Below, in pieces: positions 12,360 through 24,736 of a DNA stretch of 43,433 bases. This DNA is from Rhizaria sp. SCN 62-66. Lineage: Eukaryota. The notes under the pieces were generated by a model, which saw nothing but the letters and a program-made list of their open reading frames with translations, was not told the DNA's origin and ran no database searches. A program made the translations under genes and the position numbers. The stretch is from NCBI GenBank assembly GCA_001724265.1, contig MEDY01000430.1, forward strand, positions 1 to 43,433, written 5' to 3'. Position 1 is the stretch's first letter. Each line of letters starts with the position of its first letter.

Positions 12360-15300
12360 TCACATGACGACGCAGCAGCATTCGCGATCCTCGGCGTTGG
12401 GCTCCACCTTGTCCTTGTCCAGCGTCTCGCCGTCAGTCTCGCCGTCGTCGTCGCCGACGGACTTCTCGCCGCTGGCAGCGGCCGTGTCGCCAGTGTCGCC
12501 GTCGAGCGCCGTCGTGTTGTCGTCGTCGCTGTCGGCAGCGCCGGCGGCGGCGGGGGCGGCGGCCGCGACAGCGCTGTCGGACTCGGCCGCGGCGGCAACT
12601 GGAGCAGCCTTGTCACCAGCGGCGTCGGCAGCGGGAGCGGGAGCGGAGGAAGACTCGGCGCCGGCGTCGGCGGCCGCAGCGGGGGCCACGACGGGCTCGT
12701 CCTCGCCCAGATCCATCACAGGTGCAGCGACAGCATCAGCAGCGGCGTCGGCGTCGGGCGAAGGAGCAGAGGAGGCGACGGCGGGGACGGATGAGACAGC
12801 GACAGGAGCGTCTTCGTCATCGCCGAGGTCCATGATGGGCGCCTCAGAAGCCTTAGCAGCGGCAGCAGCGGCGGCGGGGGCAGCGGCAGCGGCAGGAGCG
12901 TCTTCGTCATCGCCGAGGTCCATGATGGGTGCCTCAGAAGCCTTAGCAGCGGCAGCAGCGGCGGCGGGGGCAGCGGCAGCGACAGGAGCGTCTTCGTCAT
13001 CGCCCAGGTCCATCACGGGGGCCTCGACAGCCTCGGCAGCGGCGGGGGCAGCGGACACGGACTCGGCGGCAGACGGGGCAATAGCGTCCACATCGTCGCT
13101 GCCGAGGTCCATGACCGGTTCCTCAACCTTAGCCTCAGCCTTCTTCTCCTTCTTCTCCTTCTTACTCTCCTTCTTAGTCTCCGTCTTGCTCTCCGTCTTG
13201 CTCTCCGTCTTGCTCTCCGTCTTGCTCCCCGTCTTGCTCTCAGTCTTGCTCTCGGCCTTGGCGGGGGCAGGGGCAACGGACTCGGTCGCGGCAACGTCGT
13301 CGTCGCCGAGGTCCATCATGATGGGAGCAGCCTGCTCGGCGGCCGCGGCCATGACGGGGGCAGCCTCGGCGTGAGAGGCATCAACAGCGGGCTTGTCGTC
13401 GGCGGGCTCCTCCTCGAAGGCGAAGCCGGGCGGCAGCGCGCTGGCGGACGCGGCGGCGACGGCGGGCTCCGCCTCGGCCATGTCCTCGGCAGCGGGCTCG
13501 GCGGGGCCAGCGCTCACGTCCTTGGCGTCCTCCTCGAGCGGCGGGGCGGGGGCGAGAATCTCGGCCTCGGCGGCCTGGGCAGCCTCGGCGACGGCGGTGG
13601 CGACCGATGCCACGACCGAGAGCGCGGCGACGGCGGCAGATGCGATCACAGCCACCGCAGGGTCGGCGTCGGCCTTGGCCTTGGCGTCCTCGGCCTCGGC
13701 GGCGTCGGCCTCGGCGTCGGGCGCCATCAGCTTGGGCTCGGGCGCGTCGACATGGTTGAAGCTGCTCGTGTCGACCGCCACGGCTTGGCGCGCGACAGCG
13801 TCGGGCGTGAGGTCGACGGGCGCGGCCGCCTTCTGGGCCGCAAGCTCCTCCTCAGACACGTGCTTGAGGGAGTGAGAGACGGCCACGGCAGCGGCGGCCT
13901 TGGCGACGGTGTCGGGTGCAATGACAACGGGCTTCTCGACAGGCTCAGCCGCGGCGAGACCGGACTTGTCGAAGGACGCGATGGCAGACGACAGCTCCGC
14001 GGGCACAGCCTTGGGCTCGCCGTTGTCTTCCTCCACCTCGGGCTCCGGCACGGGCTCAGGCAAGATAATCTTCTGCTCGGGCGCGTCGACGTGCTTGAAC
14101 ACGCTCTTGTCGAAGGACGCGGCCTGGTGCGCGACCACGCAGCAGCCTTCGCGACGGTGTCGGGGGTCGGCTCGGCGGCGCGATCGACGGGCTCGGCGGC
14201 AGTCAGGCCGGACTTGTCGAAGGACGCAATGGCGGACGAGAGCGCGGCAGGGACGGCCTTGGCCTCGGTGTCAGCGTCGTCGGTCTCGGCGGGGGCATCG
14301 AGCACCGGGCTGGCCTTGGCCACAGCGGCCTCGCTGGCCGTAGCAGCGACCTCGACGGTCTCCGCAGACTCGGCCTCGGCGGTGTCGGCCTCGGCGTCGG
14401 GCGCGACAAGCTTGGGCTCTGGAGCGTCGACATGGTTGAAGCGGCTCGTGTCCACGGCGGCGGCCTGGCGGGCGACGACGTCGGGCGTCAGCGTCACGGG
14501 CGCGGCCGCCTTCTGCTTGGCAAGCTCCTCCTCCGAGACGTGCTTGAGCGCGTTGGACGCAGCCAGTGCCGCAGCAGCCTTCGCGACGGTGTCGGGCGTG
14601 GGCTCTACAGCGCGCTCGACGGGCTCAGCGGCAGCAAGGCCAGACTTATCGAACGAAGCGATCGCAGATGAAAGCTCAACAGGCACAACCTTAGGCTCGC
14701 CGTTGTCCTCCTCAACCACGGGCTCCGGCACGGGCTCAGGCAAGATAATCTTCTGCTCGGGCGCGTCGACGTGCTTGAACACGCTCTTGTCGAAGGACGC
14801 GGCCTGGTGCGCGACCAGGACGCGGCCAGCGCGGCGGCGGCCTTGGCGACCGTGTCAGGCGCGATCTCGACGGGCTTGACCACGGGCGCTGAGTGCTGCA
14901 GCGCGCCGCGGTCAAAGTCGGAGATGGCCGCGGCAAGTTGGCCGGAGACGCCGGCCTTGGACTCGGAGCCAGCAGCGTCCGCGATGGGACTGGAGACAGG
15001 CGTGCTGCCGTCCTCAGCGTCGACGACGGGACTCGCCTCGGTCACGCTAATGTCGTCGGCCGTAGTCACAGCGGCTTCGGCGGCGTCGGCCTCGGCGTCG
15101 GGCGCAATGAGCTTGGGTTCGGGCGCAACCACGTGGTTGAAGGCGCTGGTATCGACGGCAGCGGCTTGGCGAGCGACGGAGTCGGGCGTGGGCTTAGCCG
15201 CAGCGGCCGCGGCGGCCTTCTGGACCGCGAGCTCCTCCTCGCTGACGTGCTTGAGGGCGTTCGACACGGCCACGGCGGCAGCGGCCTTGGCGACGGTGTC

Positions 15301-16734
15301 GGGTGCAATCACAGCGGGCTTCTCGATGGGCTCAGTAGCGGCAAGGCCACTCTTGTCGAAGGACGCGATCGCAGTGGAGAGCGCGGCTGGCACAGCCTTG
15401 GTCGCGGCCTCAGCGGGAACGGCAGCGACAACGGGCTTCTCTTCGTCCTCGTCCTCGTCCTCGTAAACGTCCTCGTACTCGTCCTCGTACTCGTCCTCAT
15501 CAGCTGCGGCATCGACAGCGTCAGCCGCGGCGTCGGGCACCATCAACTTCGGCTGAGGTGCTTCGACATGGTTGAAGCTGCTCGTATCAACAGTGGCGGC
15601 CTGGCGGGCAACAACATCAGGAGTCAACGTGACGGGCGCGGCCGCCTTCTGCTTCGCAAGCTCCTCTTCGGACACGTGCTTGAGCTTGTTCGAAGTCGCG
15701 ACGGCAGCGGCGGCCTTAGCGACAGTGTCGGGCGCAACGACGACGGGCCTCTCGACGGGCTCGGCTGAGGTAAGACCGGATTTGTCGAATGACGCGATGG
15801 CGGAGTTAAGTCCAGTGGGGACCGCGGCCTTCGCATCAGGACCAGTGGCGTCAGCGGCAGCGACAACGGGCTTCTCTTCGTCCTCGTCCTCGTCCTCGTA
15901 AACGTCCTCGTACTCGTCCTCGTACTCGTCCTCCTCAGCTGCGGCATCGACAGCGTCGGCCTTGGCGGCAGTGTCGAGCGCAACAACGACGGGCTTCTTG
16001 ACGGGCTCGGCGGCGGCGAGGCCGCTCTTGTCGAATGACGCGAGGGCGGAGGTGAGCGCGGCGGGCACAGCCTTCGGCTCGCCAGCAGCGGCACCAGTGG
16101 CGGCGGCTTGCTCCGCCTTCTTCTGAGCTTCTTCAAGGGCGGCAAGCTCGGCCTTGAGAGACTCCTCGGTGTCCTCGTCCTCGTCCTCGTAGACGTCCTC
16201 ATACTCGTCCTCGTACTCATCCTCCTCGGTCGCAGCGCCAGCGCCGGTGCTGTCAGCGGCGGGGTCGGCCGTGAGCACCAGCTTGGGCTGCGGGGCGTCG
16301 ACGTGCTTGAGCTTGTCGCGCTTGAAGCTCTCAATCTCACCAGGGAGCTTGGTGCGTGCCTCGTCCTCGAGAGTGGTGTCATAGTCGTTGTCGCTGTTCT
16401 TGTTGAGTCCGGCGATTTGATCCTTCACGCTGGCCAGGATGTTACGCGGAGAAAGTTCATCGTCACCGCTTTCAATGTCCTCAATTTCGGGGTCATGGGC
16501 GTCCTACACAAAAAAGCAAGCGGGAATTATTGAGCAAACAAAAATACAACATAATGTGATGTGAAAAGTGGCGAAACGGCTGGAAAAGAAAATGCAGCAC
16601 GAAAGCGCGTAATCTCTAAGGAGTGAGAAATGCATGGATTGCGCCGGGTCGTTAGCACCAGAAGAGTCGAAACGTACGCGAGGGCTAGCGCCAGCACCTG
16701 TCGGCGCAGAACCTAATCCAGGCTTTGCTGACAT
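12360..16734 (-). CDS. Multi-repeat WH2/beta-thymosin-like (actin-binding) protein with C-terminal CaaX (CCCVVM); two apparent frameshifts near 14817 and 14137
   Basis: Exon 1 16734-16678 (MSAKPGLG...SPR), intron 16677-16504 (GTACGT...TGTAG), then ORFs 14605..16428, 13727..14782 and 12360..14138. Modules such as EIESFKRDKLKHV, SAIASFDKSGL and FDKSVFKHVDAPEQKIILP resemble thymosin-beta EIEKFDKSKLKK. Confidence 0.75.
12807..13255 (-). repeat. Coding tandem repeats: ~75-bp units (APIMDLGDDEDAP...) and 12-bp units (KTES)
   Basis: Near-identical 75-bp units at about 12807-13015 and (CTCCGTCTTGCT)n at about 13179-13255. Confidence 0.85.
14039..14817. repeat. Identical 99-bp direct repeat (14039-14137 = 14719-14817) in the thymosin-repeat gene
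   Basis: Base-for-base match at 680-bp offset. Both frameshifts fall at the same end of this repeat. Confidence 0.9.
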
Positions 16735-17240
16735 GAACTTTCTGAAGGACACAAATGGGAAAGAATTGAAGGAGGCAAGGAGGTATGGTTCGCACTGTGA
16801 GCGGTTGGAAATTGTCACGATTTGTTGACATGTCAGTCTGCCACAAAAGCGCAAGAAAACTTATTAAGGAACAAAAATCACAACATCATAACAGTTTTTT
16901 ACAATGAAATGCTGTTTTACGACTCGTACGAAGCGTTGTTTAGCATGTTGCCTCACTGTCCTGCTTGGACTCAAACGAAACCGGGCTGTGACTGTGAGCG
17001 ATCCGAAGGAGCAACGAAAAGGATTACTTCAGCTCATCGACCCAGAGCAGAGCTACGTCGCAAGGCTTAAGCACTCGAAGTGCCACCATTTGTCCGTTGT
17101 TAAGTCTAACAGGCAAATTTTCAGGTCATAACCTTTATTTAAATCACAATCTCTATCAATAGCACCCAACAACGTCACTCATGACGATTTCTTCAACGCC
17201 CCTATTCCTCTTCTGCAACCTCGCTTGTAGCTAGCGATCG

Positions 17241-18532
17241 ATGCGTCTCCACAACCTCTTGCTCGCTGTCCTGTGCCTTGCTATCTCATCCACGGCTCTT
17301 GCTGACGGCTCCACATGCCGCGTTCTTGCCCTCTCCGGCGGTGGCGACAAGATCTCGTACGAGGTTGGCTTCCTGGACGTGATCATCAAGGAGCTCCCCG
17401 GAAAGGATGTGCGCTGGGACGTGGTCACCGGCATCTCCGCCGGTTCCATCGGCGCCGCGCTCATGTCGACCTACGACCTGGGCGACGAGAAGGCCCTTGC
17501 TGCGGACATGGTCAACTTTGTTGAGACTGTGAACGCGTCGAGCGTGTACTCGAACTGGCCCGCGGGCCCCGTCGACGCCCTCATCAACAAGCCCGCCCTG
17601 GTGGACGCGTCCCCCATGCGCACGCTGCTCGACAAGCGCATCTTCTCCCGCCCGCGCGTCACCTCGCGTTCCGTCGTTGTCGGTGCCGTTGACATGGGCA
17701 CTGGCGAGATGGAGCTCTTCTCCGAAAAGGCCCCCGACCTGGCCGCGGCCGTGCACGCCTCGGCGTCGTACCCCGGCGCGATGGCGCCCGTGCCGGTCGC
17801 TCTCGAGCGCGCCACGGGCAACGCCACGGCGCTGCTCAACGATGGCGGCGTGTGGCAGGCATTCCTGCTTGACGAGGGCATCCAACGGTGTCTCACCAAG
17901 GGCTACCCGCCGTCGAGCATCATCGTTGACCTCATCATGTGCGACCGGCTCGACTACCCCGCCGTGGACATCGGCTCCATGAAGACGCTGGGGCTCTTCA
18001 TGCGCTCCACGCTTATCGCGCGCACGCAGAGGAACTTGCGCGTGATTGCGCGCGCGAAGCGTGAGTACCCGCAGACGCTGTTCCGGTTCATGGCGCAGCC
18101 CTCCACGCCGCTGCCCAGCATGGGGCTCGAGTTCAATCACAAGTACGTCACATCACCCGAAATCATGATAGTCTTTCTCATTTTTCTTGAATGTATGCAT
18201 TATATAACTATGTTTCTTTTAAAGTCTACTGTATGTTTCACTTACGTTTTGTTTCTTGTTCTTGTTCTTGTTCTTGTTCTTGTTCTTGTTCTTGTTCTTG
18301 TTCTTGTTCTTGTTCTTGTTCTTGTTCTTGTTCTTGTTCTTGTTCTTCTTGTTCTTGTTCTTGTTCTTGTTCTATGACTGCTTGCTCTAGGGTGATGATG
18401 GAGATGATGGAGCTGGGCCGCCAGGACGCGTACAAGACCCTCGGCAGGTTTGGCGCCGATGGCAACATGGCCGCTGAGACTGAAGAGCTGCTCGAGGCCT
18501 ATTTGCGTGATGAGGACAAGCTTGAGCTTTAA
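17241..18532 (+). CDS. Secreted patatin-like phospholipase (exons 17241-18142, 18391-18532)
   Basis: Signal peptide; VLALSGGGDK glycine-rich loop, GISAG nucleophile elbow, DGG catalytic Asp. Intron 18143-18390 (GTACGT...CTCTAG) gives the C-terminus KVMMEMMELGRQDA...LEL-TAA. Confidence 0.9.
18250..18373 (+). repeat. Intronic (TTCTTG)n microsatellite
   Basis: About 20 hexamer copies inside the patatin intron. Source of the spurious VLVLVL, SCSCSC and EQEQEQ ORF tails. Confidence 0.95.
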
Positions 18533-19264
18533 GCGAAGCAGAACTTGACCAAACTAATGAAGTTAACTTTTGTATTTCTCTTCCTGGTCGGAGTGAATGC
18601 TAGGCTCTAGCCTCTTGCTGAAAACTGGTGTGATCACATTTCAGTATGTGATCCTTTCTAAGTTGTGGTTCAAACTTTGTTTGATTTGATTCTTCTCTCT
18701 CCCGGTCCCTCGTGCTATTACACTTTTCAGCAATTCTATGCAAATCTTCGCGGTGGTTGACTTTCGTTTACATATTCTGCTATTACCATTGATATTCTCA
18801 GTGATTAACTACTTATACGGTTCAGTTTACATCGCGCTAAATTGTGAACTTTTCTTTATTTAGTCTTTTTTATTCCACACGCCGCCTACCCCACCCATTT
18901 ACTCACGCCCGCTAACGTGACAATGTACAATCTGTGTGTCATTCAAAATAATACACTCCTTTGTGAGATTGCACCACTGAGCAAAATAAAATTAGAGTGT
19001 TGATGTCTCATTGTCGCGGTATGCCTCTTAGCATAGACGCGGACTTTTCTCATCGGTCTAATCGGTCTGGGCAGTAACCAAGGTAACTTGTGACTGTGAG
19101 CATCCTGGCAAAACGAAGAATGATTGCGACGAGATGCACATTTTAAACGTAAGGGTAGTTTTTATTATCAGTTAAAGAACGCAGTGCTATTTTCCGACCA
19201 TTCCTTGACAAAGTATGACTTAATTAGGTCCCGTCTGTCGATAACAATCTAAATCATGCGTGTC

Positions 19265-22200
19265 TTACTGGAGCAGTGAGGTATTCACACGATCATCAGT
19301 CGCGTCAGTAACCGTCGCTGCTGGCAACACAGGCCCCCCAGCCGCAGGCGCACTCGTGCTCGCACTGTTTGCGCGTTCGCGTTCAATCACCGCGCGCTCC
19401 GCAGCTACCATGTCAGCCTTTAGGGCTTCGAACGCGGTCGCAGACAACTTAGCCAGATTGAGCGTCGCATAACGACCACCGACTCCGGCGCCCGCGGCCG
19501 AAGCACTGACTGCGCCAGAGCCAGCGCCAGCAGCTGGGCCGGGGCCGAGAGCAGAGGGGCGACGCAGACCAGCGCGCGCGGTTAAAGTCGGTGTCCCAGT
19601 CCCTGCAACAGTCACATGCGTCGTTGTTCCAGCCGGTGCTCCTGTGCTGGTGGTTGCGGGCGCTGCTGCGGCGGCGCGAGCGAGTGCGAGGTAGTCGTTG
19701 ACTAACACCTCGTTGCTGGCGCCGGCGATCGTGCTCCCATTCGCAGCGTCAGCTGTCGCAGCGAGGGGTTGGCTGAGAGTCGTCATGCGCGTGTGCGCTT
19801 GCTGCTGCGCGTGCGCGCGCGCCACGGTCGCGGGCAACGGCGCGTACACACTGCTCACCGCGTCGCCGACACCGACGTCGACGCCCACATTTGAGGGGAT
19901 GACGGGGACGGCGCGCGACGGGCCAGTCAGACTATTTGCAGCCGAGCGCGAGTTCGCACTTGTGCTCGCGTGTGCGCTTGCGTCGGGGCCGGGACTCGGC
20001 GTGCGTGGCGGCAACAGCGGCGCCGGCAGCGCTTGCAGCCCACAGTCGCTGCCCCGACCCGGGCCCTTGCCCGCGTCCATAGCGCCCGCCCGCGCTCTGG
20101 CCGTGACGCCGTCCACGGCCGCCGGGGCGGCAGAGGAACCGAGGCCCGCGGCCGAGGCGGCTGCGCGCGCGCTGCCCATGGTGCCCATGAGCCGGTGCCG
20201 CGCCAGCAGCCGCGCGCGCATGCCCGCAACTAGCGCGTGCGCTGCTGGGTCCAGGCCTTGCTCCGCTGCTGTTGCAAGGTCGTTCGCGTTCGCGCCAGAG
20301 GCAGCTGCCTGAGCGGCGTACGCGTTCCTGATTGTGTGCTTGTTGACGGTGGCATTGGCGGCGAGTTGCATCGTGGCGGCGCGCTCCTTGGCGCGCAGCA
20401 CACGCTCGCGCACGGCCGCAAACGCGCTCGCAACGGACTCGGCACTGGAGCCCGCGCCCGCCTGCTGCTGGTGCTGGTCTCCTGCTTGAGCCGCAGTCCT
20501 CGGCAGCAGCGCGTCGAACGACGTGCGCAGCGGCGTGCCGGGCAAGGACTGTTGTCCAGCGGCACCAGCACTGACACTCAAACTCGCGCTTGCGCTCGGT
20601 CGCGTCGGCGTATCGCCCCCGGGCGCGGCGCCCGACGCCGAGGCAAGCGCGACGGGCGAGAACGCGCCGCGCCCGCGCACAGGTGAGCCGGGCTGCGCCT
20701 GCGCCGGAAGGGGCTGGAACGGGCTGGCCGTTGCGGCCGCCGCAGCGTTGGTGTGGCTGTTCGCCGCCACAGTGAGCGGCGAGCGCGGCGACATCCCCGC
20801 AGCCGCAGCCGCGGCAGCGGCGGCGTGAAATGGCGAGCGCGCGTGCATGAGGTCGATGCCCCGCGCGCGCGGCGAACCGAACACGCGCCGCGAGCTCAGC
20901 AGCGGGGACACCACGGCGCCGCCGCCCAGGAGCGCGGCGGAGGCCAGCGGCGGGCTAGCGGGCGGCAGCGCGGGCAGCGGCAGCCCGAGCGCTTCGCCCC
21001 ACGAGACGGGCTGCGCGGCTGGCAGCGGGGGTGGCGGCGGCGGCGAGGCCGCATCGTCGTCGCCGAAGCTGGCGGGTAGCGGGGGCGGCGGAGGCACGGC
21101 GTCGTCCTGCGTGCCCGCGTCGTAGACCAGGCTCACCGTGCCGTACTCGCCGTACCCGGCTGCGGCCTCCGCGTCCTTCACCGCACCATCGGCGCTCTGC
21201 TTACCACCCTGCGGCGGCGAGCCCCAGTCGAGGGCGCGCACGGGCCCGCCTGACAGCGATAGCGAGAGAGACCGCGGACTGGCCAGCGCGGTGGGCGAGC
21301 CCGCGAGGGCGGCGGCCCAGCCGGCCGAGTCGACCAGCCCCATCAGCGCAGACGGGCGGCGCATCACCGCGCCGCGGCGCGCCGTCGACGGCGGCGCGCT
21401 AGGCTGCTGCTGCTGCTGCTGCTGCGGCTGTTTCTGTGCGTGCGTGCCGGCAAAGCCAGTGCCGTCGGACTCGGGATACGGCAGCGGCGGCGGGGGCGGC
21501 GGAGGCACGTCTGAGCCGTCGCCCGACTCCCCGCCCACAGCGACAGCGCCCGCGTCCGCGTCCGCCTCGGCCTCGGGCAGGGGCAGCGCGGAGCACTCAA
21601 GCCGCGGCAGCGCGTCGCGGCCGTCAGTGTCTGCGCCGGCGGCCGCGGCCGAGGCGAGGCGCACGGGGTGGCTGTGCGCGTGGGCGAGCGTGCGCGGCAG
21701 CGGCGACTGCAGCAGCGCCGCCGACCCGCTGTAGCGCGGCGACAGCGGCAGCGGCAGCAGCGGCAGCGTCGCCGTCGCGGGCAGGCCGGCCGCGATGGCG
21801 GTGCCCGCGACTGAGGCCCGCGCGGCGGGGCTGCTGAAGGCGCTGTTGTTGTCAAACTCCCTCGCGTGCGCGTCGACGTCGGCCTCTCCAGCTGCGTCTG
21901 CGGCGTCTGCGGCGGCGGCGTCGCTGGCCGCGTTGGCGGCAACTGCGGCGGCGACGATGGCCGCGCACCGCGCTAACGGGCTGCCCACCGCGCCCGCGGG
22001 GGCCAGAGGCGTCGCGTCCGCCGCGCTCGCGCTCGTGCCGGCCCGCGCGCGCGCAGAGGCGACCGCACTCGCACTCACAGTCGCGGGCGAGGCCGGGGAA
22101 GTCGGCACCTGCAGCGGCGGCGGGGGCGGGGGCGGCGGCGACAGCGACCAGCGCCCGTCGCTGCGGCGGCGGCGGCGCGCCGACTGGAGAAGCGACTCGA

Positions 22201-24736
22201 CCTGCGGCGACGGCGGCTGGCTCCCGCCGGGCAGCGCAACCGACAGCGCCGCGGCGGCCGCGGCGGCGGCGGCGGCCGCGGAAGATGACGGGAGAAACGG
22301 AGAGGCAGACAGCGACGGCTGGGGCTGCAGCTGCTGTGGGGACAGCGGCGGCGCCTGCGGGTGCTGCGGGGGCGGGGGCCCGGGCGGCGGCGGTGGGGGC
22401 GGCGACTGCGCCCTGTCCACCCCACCAGCGCCTGCGCCAGCGGTAAGAGCCGCGCTGGAAGCCGTACTGAGAGGAGAGCTGATGCCTGGACTGGAGACGC
22501 TGGCGCTGCTCGTCCTGCCGTGTCCCCCAGCGCCCGAGTCCCCGTTACCGTAGGCGAGCGCCTGAGTGCGCGCAGCGTGCGCGCCCGCATCGTTGCGCCG
22601 CGGGTGCGTGACAGTGGTCGTGGCGCGCGCGCGCTGGAAGTAGCCCGCGCCGCCTTCGAGCCCGCGTGGCGAACCCAGCACGCTATACACGTCGCCCCCC
22701 GCGGCGCCCCCGCCCCCGCTGGCGGCGGCCCCGCTGGCGGCGGCGGGCGCGGGCTTGCGCATGACAATCGCGGTTGCGCCCTGCGCGAACGAGTCGACGA
22801 CAAGGTCAACCCAGAACGGGTGGCTCTTAAAGCGCTGGAACGAGTCGTTCTTCATCAGCCGCTCAACCTCCTTGCCCGCGCGCAGGAGCGCGTCCATGGC
22901 GTTCTCCACCGGCCCGCCCAGCTCGTAGTCGAAGTCGAAGTCGTCCAGCAGCGCCGCGTCGTCGAACTCGTCCCCCCAGTCGTCGTCGGTCATAGCGTGT
23001 CCATGGTCGTGCGCACGGTCGCTGGGGAAGAAGTCGCCGCCGTCGGTGGCGGCGTCGTCATCGCCCTCGGGCAGCGGCGGCGGCGGCGGCGGTGGACTCA
23101 GCTCGCCGTCGAACTCAGGAGACAGCGCGGCGTCGCTCGAGAGGCCGTTGCTGTTGCCCTTGCCAGTGTTACTGGCGGCGTTGCCGGCGTCCGCGCTTCT
23201 CTGGGGGTAGAAGTACGTCACTCCGTCGTCTTCGTCGTCGTCCTGGGCCACATCGGGGCCCGTGGTCGCGGCCGGCAGCGCGTCCAGCGTGTCGGCATCG
23301 CCCTCCGGCAGCACGCCCTCCGGCAACGCGCCCATCGCCGCCGCGGCGGCCGCCTCCATGTAGGACGCGCCCGTGCGCATCTCCCAGTGCGCGATGCGGG
23401 CCTCGATGCGCTCGATGCGCGCGTCGGCGGCGGCGAGCGCGGCCGACAGCTCGGCCACGGCCGCCGCGGTCGCCGCAGAGGCGCGCGAGTCGACGTTAAC
23501 CTCGCGTGCGGCCTTGGCGCCGATGTATGTGTGCGCTACCATGGTGGCGAGCGCGGCAAAGTCGGTGACGAGCGCGGCGACCTCGTCCGTGAGCCCGAAG
23601 TGCAACCCCGCGGCCCGCTCGCGCGCGCGCACGACGCAGATGTCGCTGTACAGCGCATACAGCACCTGCACCTCGTGCCAGAAGTCGACGTTCTCCTCCG
23701 AGTGCTCGAGCCGCAGGAGCCGCGCGAAGTGGAAGAGCCCCACAGGATGCGACAGCACGGCGAAGAAGTCGGCCCCGTCGGCGAGCGCGAAAGCCACGGC
23801 GCGCGTTTTGGGGGAATACTTGGCCGCCGCGTTCAGCGTCGGCGCGCCCACAGGGACAGGGGCGTGCGTCGCGGCGCGCGCGCGGGGCGTCGCCGCCACC
23901 GACGACGGCAACACGCCAGTCGCAGTTGCCGTCGCAGTTGCTGCTCCGTGACCGTGACCGTGGCCATGACCGTGGCCGTGGCGGGCTGGGGTCCGGGCCG
24001 GCGTGGCCGCGGCGGCGGCTGCGGCAGCGCCGTTGTTGGCGTTGAAGCCGGCGGCAGAGCGCACGGGGGTCTGCGCCGGCGCGAAGCCGGGACGCGTGTA
24101 ACCTGGCGAGTGTCCTGATGACGACGCTGAGGCTGATGCAGCCGAGGCGGCTGCTGCTGCTGAGGTGATAGGCCCGGGGACGCGGGGCAGCGACGAAGTA
24201 ACCGTGGGCGGCGAGAAGAACCGTCCGCTGCCCGTGCGCCCCGTGCCAGCACCAGTGCCCGGCCCTGCTGCTGCTGCTGCTGCTGCTGCTGTTGTTGTTG
24301 CGCCTGCCCCGGCGCGGGCGGTGAGAGGTGCGGCCGAGCCCGCGTGCGCAGTGTACCCGCGCGCGAACGGAGACTGCAGCGGGCCGTGGCCGTGCGCATG
24401 CGACGCGGCGGGGCCGCCGCTGCTGCTGGCCGCGGCGGCCGCGACGGAGAAGGCTGATGAGGAGGAGGCCGACGTGGCCGTCATCAGAGGCGGGCGCTCG
24501 GGGCCTGCTGCGCGCGGGGACGCGAGGAACAGTGCAGAGGGAGCAGTCGCACGGAGGTGCGGAACAATGAGCTCGGGTCCAGCATTGCGGCGGGACGCGG
24601 CAGTGGGCGAGGAGAAGGACGGCGGCGGACTCAAGTTAGAAGCTTGCGAGCTGCCAGCGGATCCCGTCGTCGTGTCACGACTCGCCGTGTTGAAGGTCTG
24701 CAGCAGCGTCGGGCGGGACTAGAACCGCTGTGACAT
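19265..24736 (-). CDS. RGS-domain protein with polyproline tracts (~1823 aa if the in-frame TAG at 24721-24719 is read as sense)
   Basis: RGS motifs FFAVLSHPVGLFHFARLLRLEHSEENVDFW, YIGAKAAREVNVDS and EVERLMKNDSFQRFKSHPFW (22811-23767). ATG at 24736 is in frame via one TAG; TAA stop. The start is less certain than the domain. Confidence 0.8.

Noticed and set aside
12807-16220. Repeat-spacer pattern as a CRISPR array or mobile element
   Set aside because: Repeats are in-frame protein modules in an intron-containing eukaryotic gene; no cas or transposase gene.
18191-18468. ORFs with (VL)n, (SC)n and (EQ)n tails
   Set aside because: Translations of the intronic TTCTTG microsatellite; splicing 18143-18390 gives the proper patatin C-terminus.
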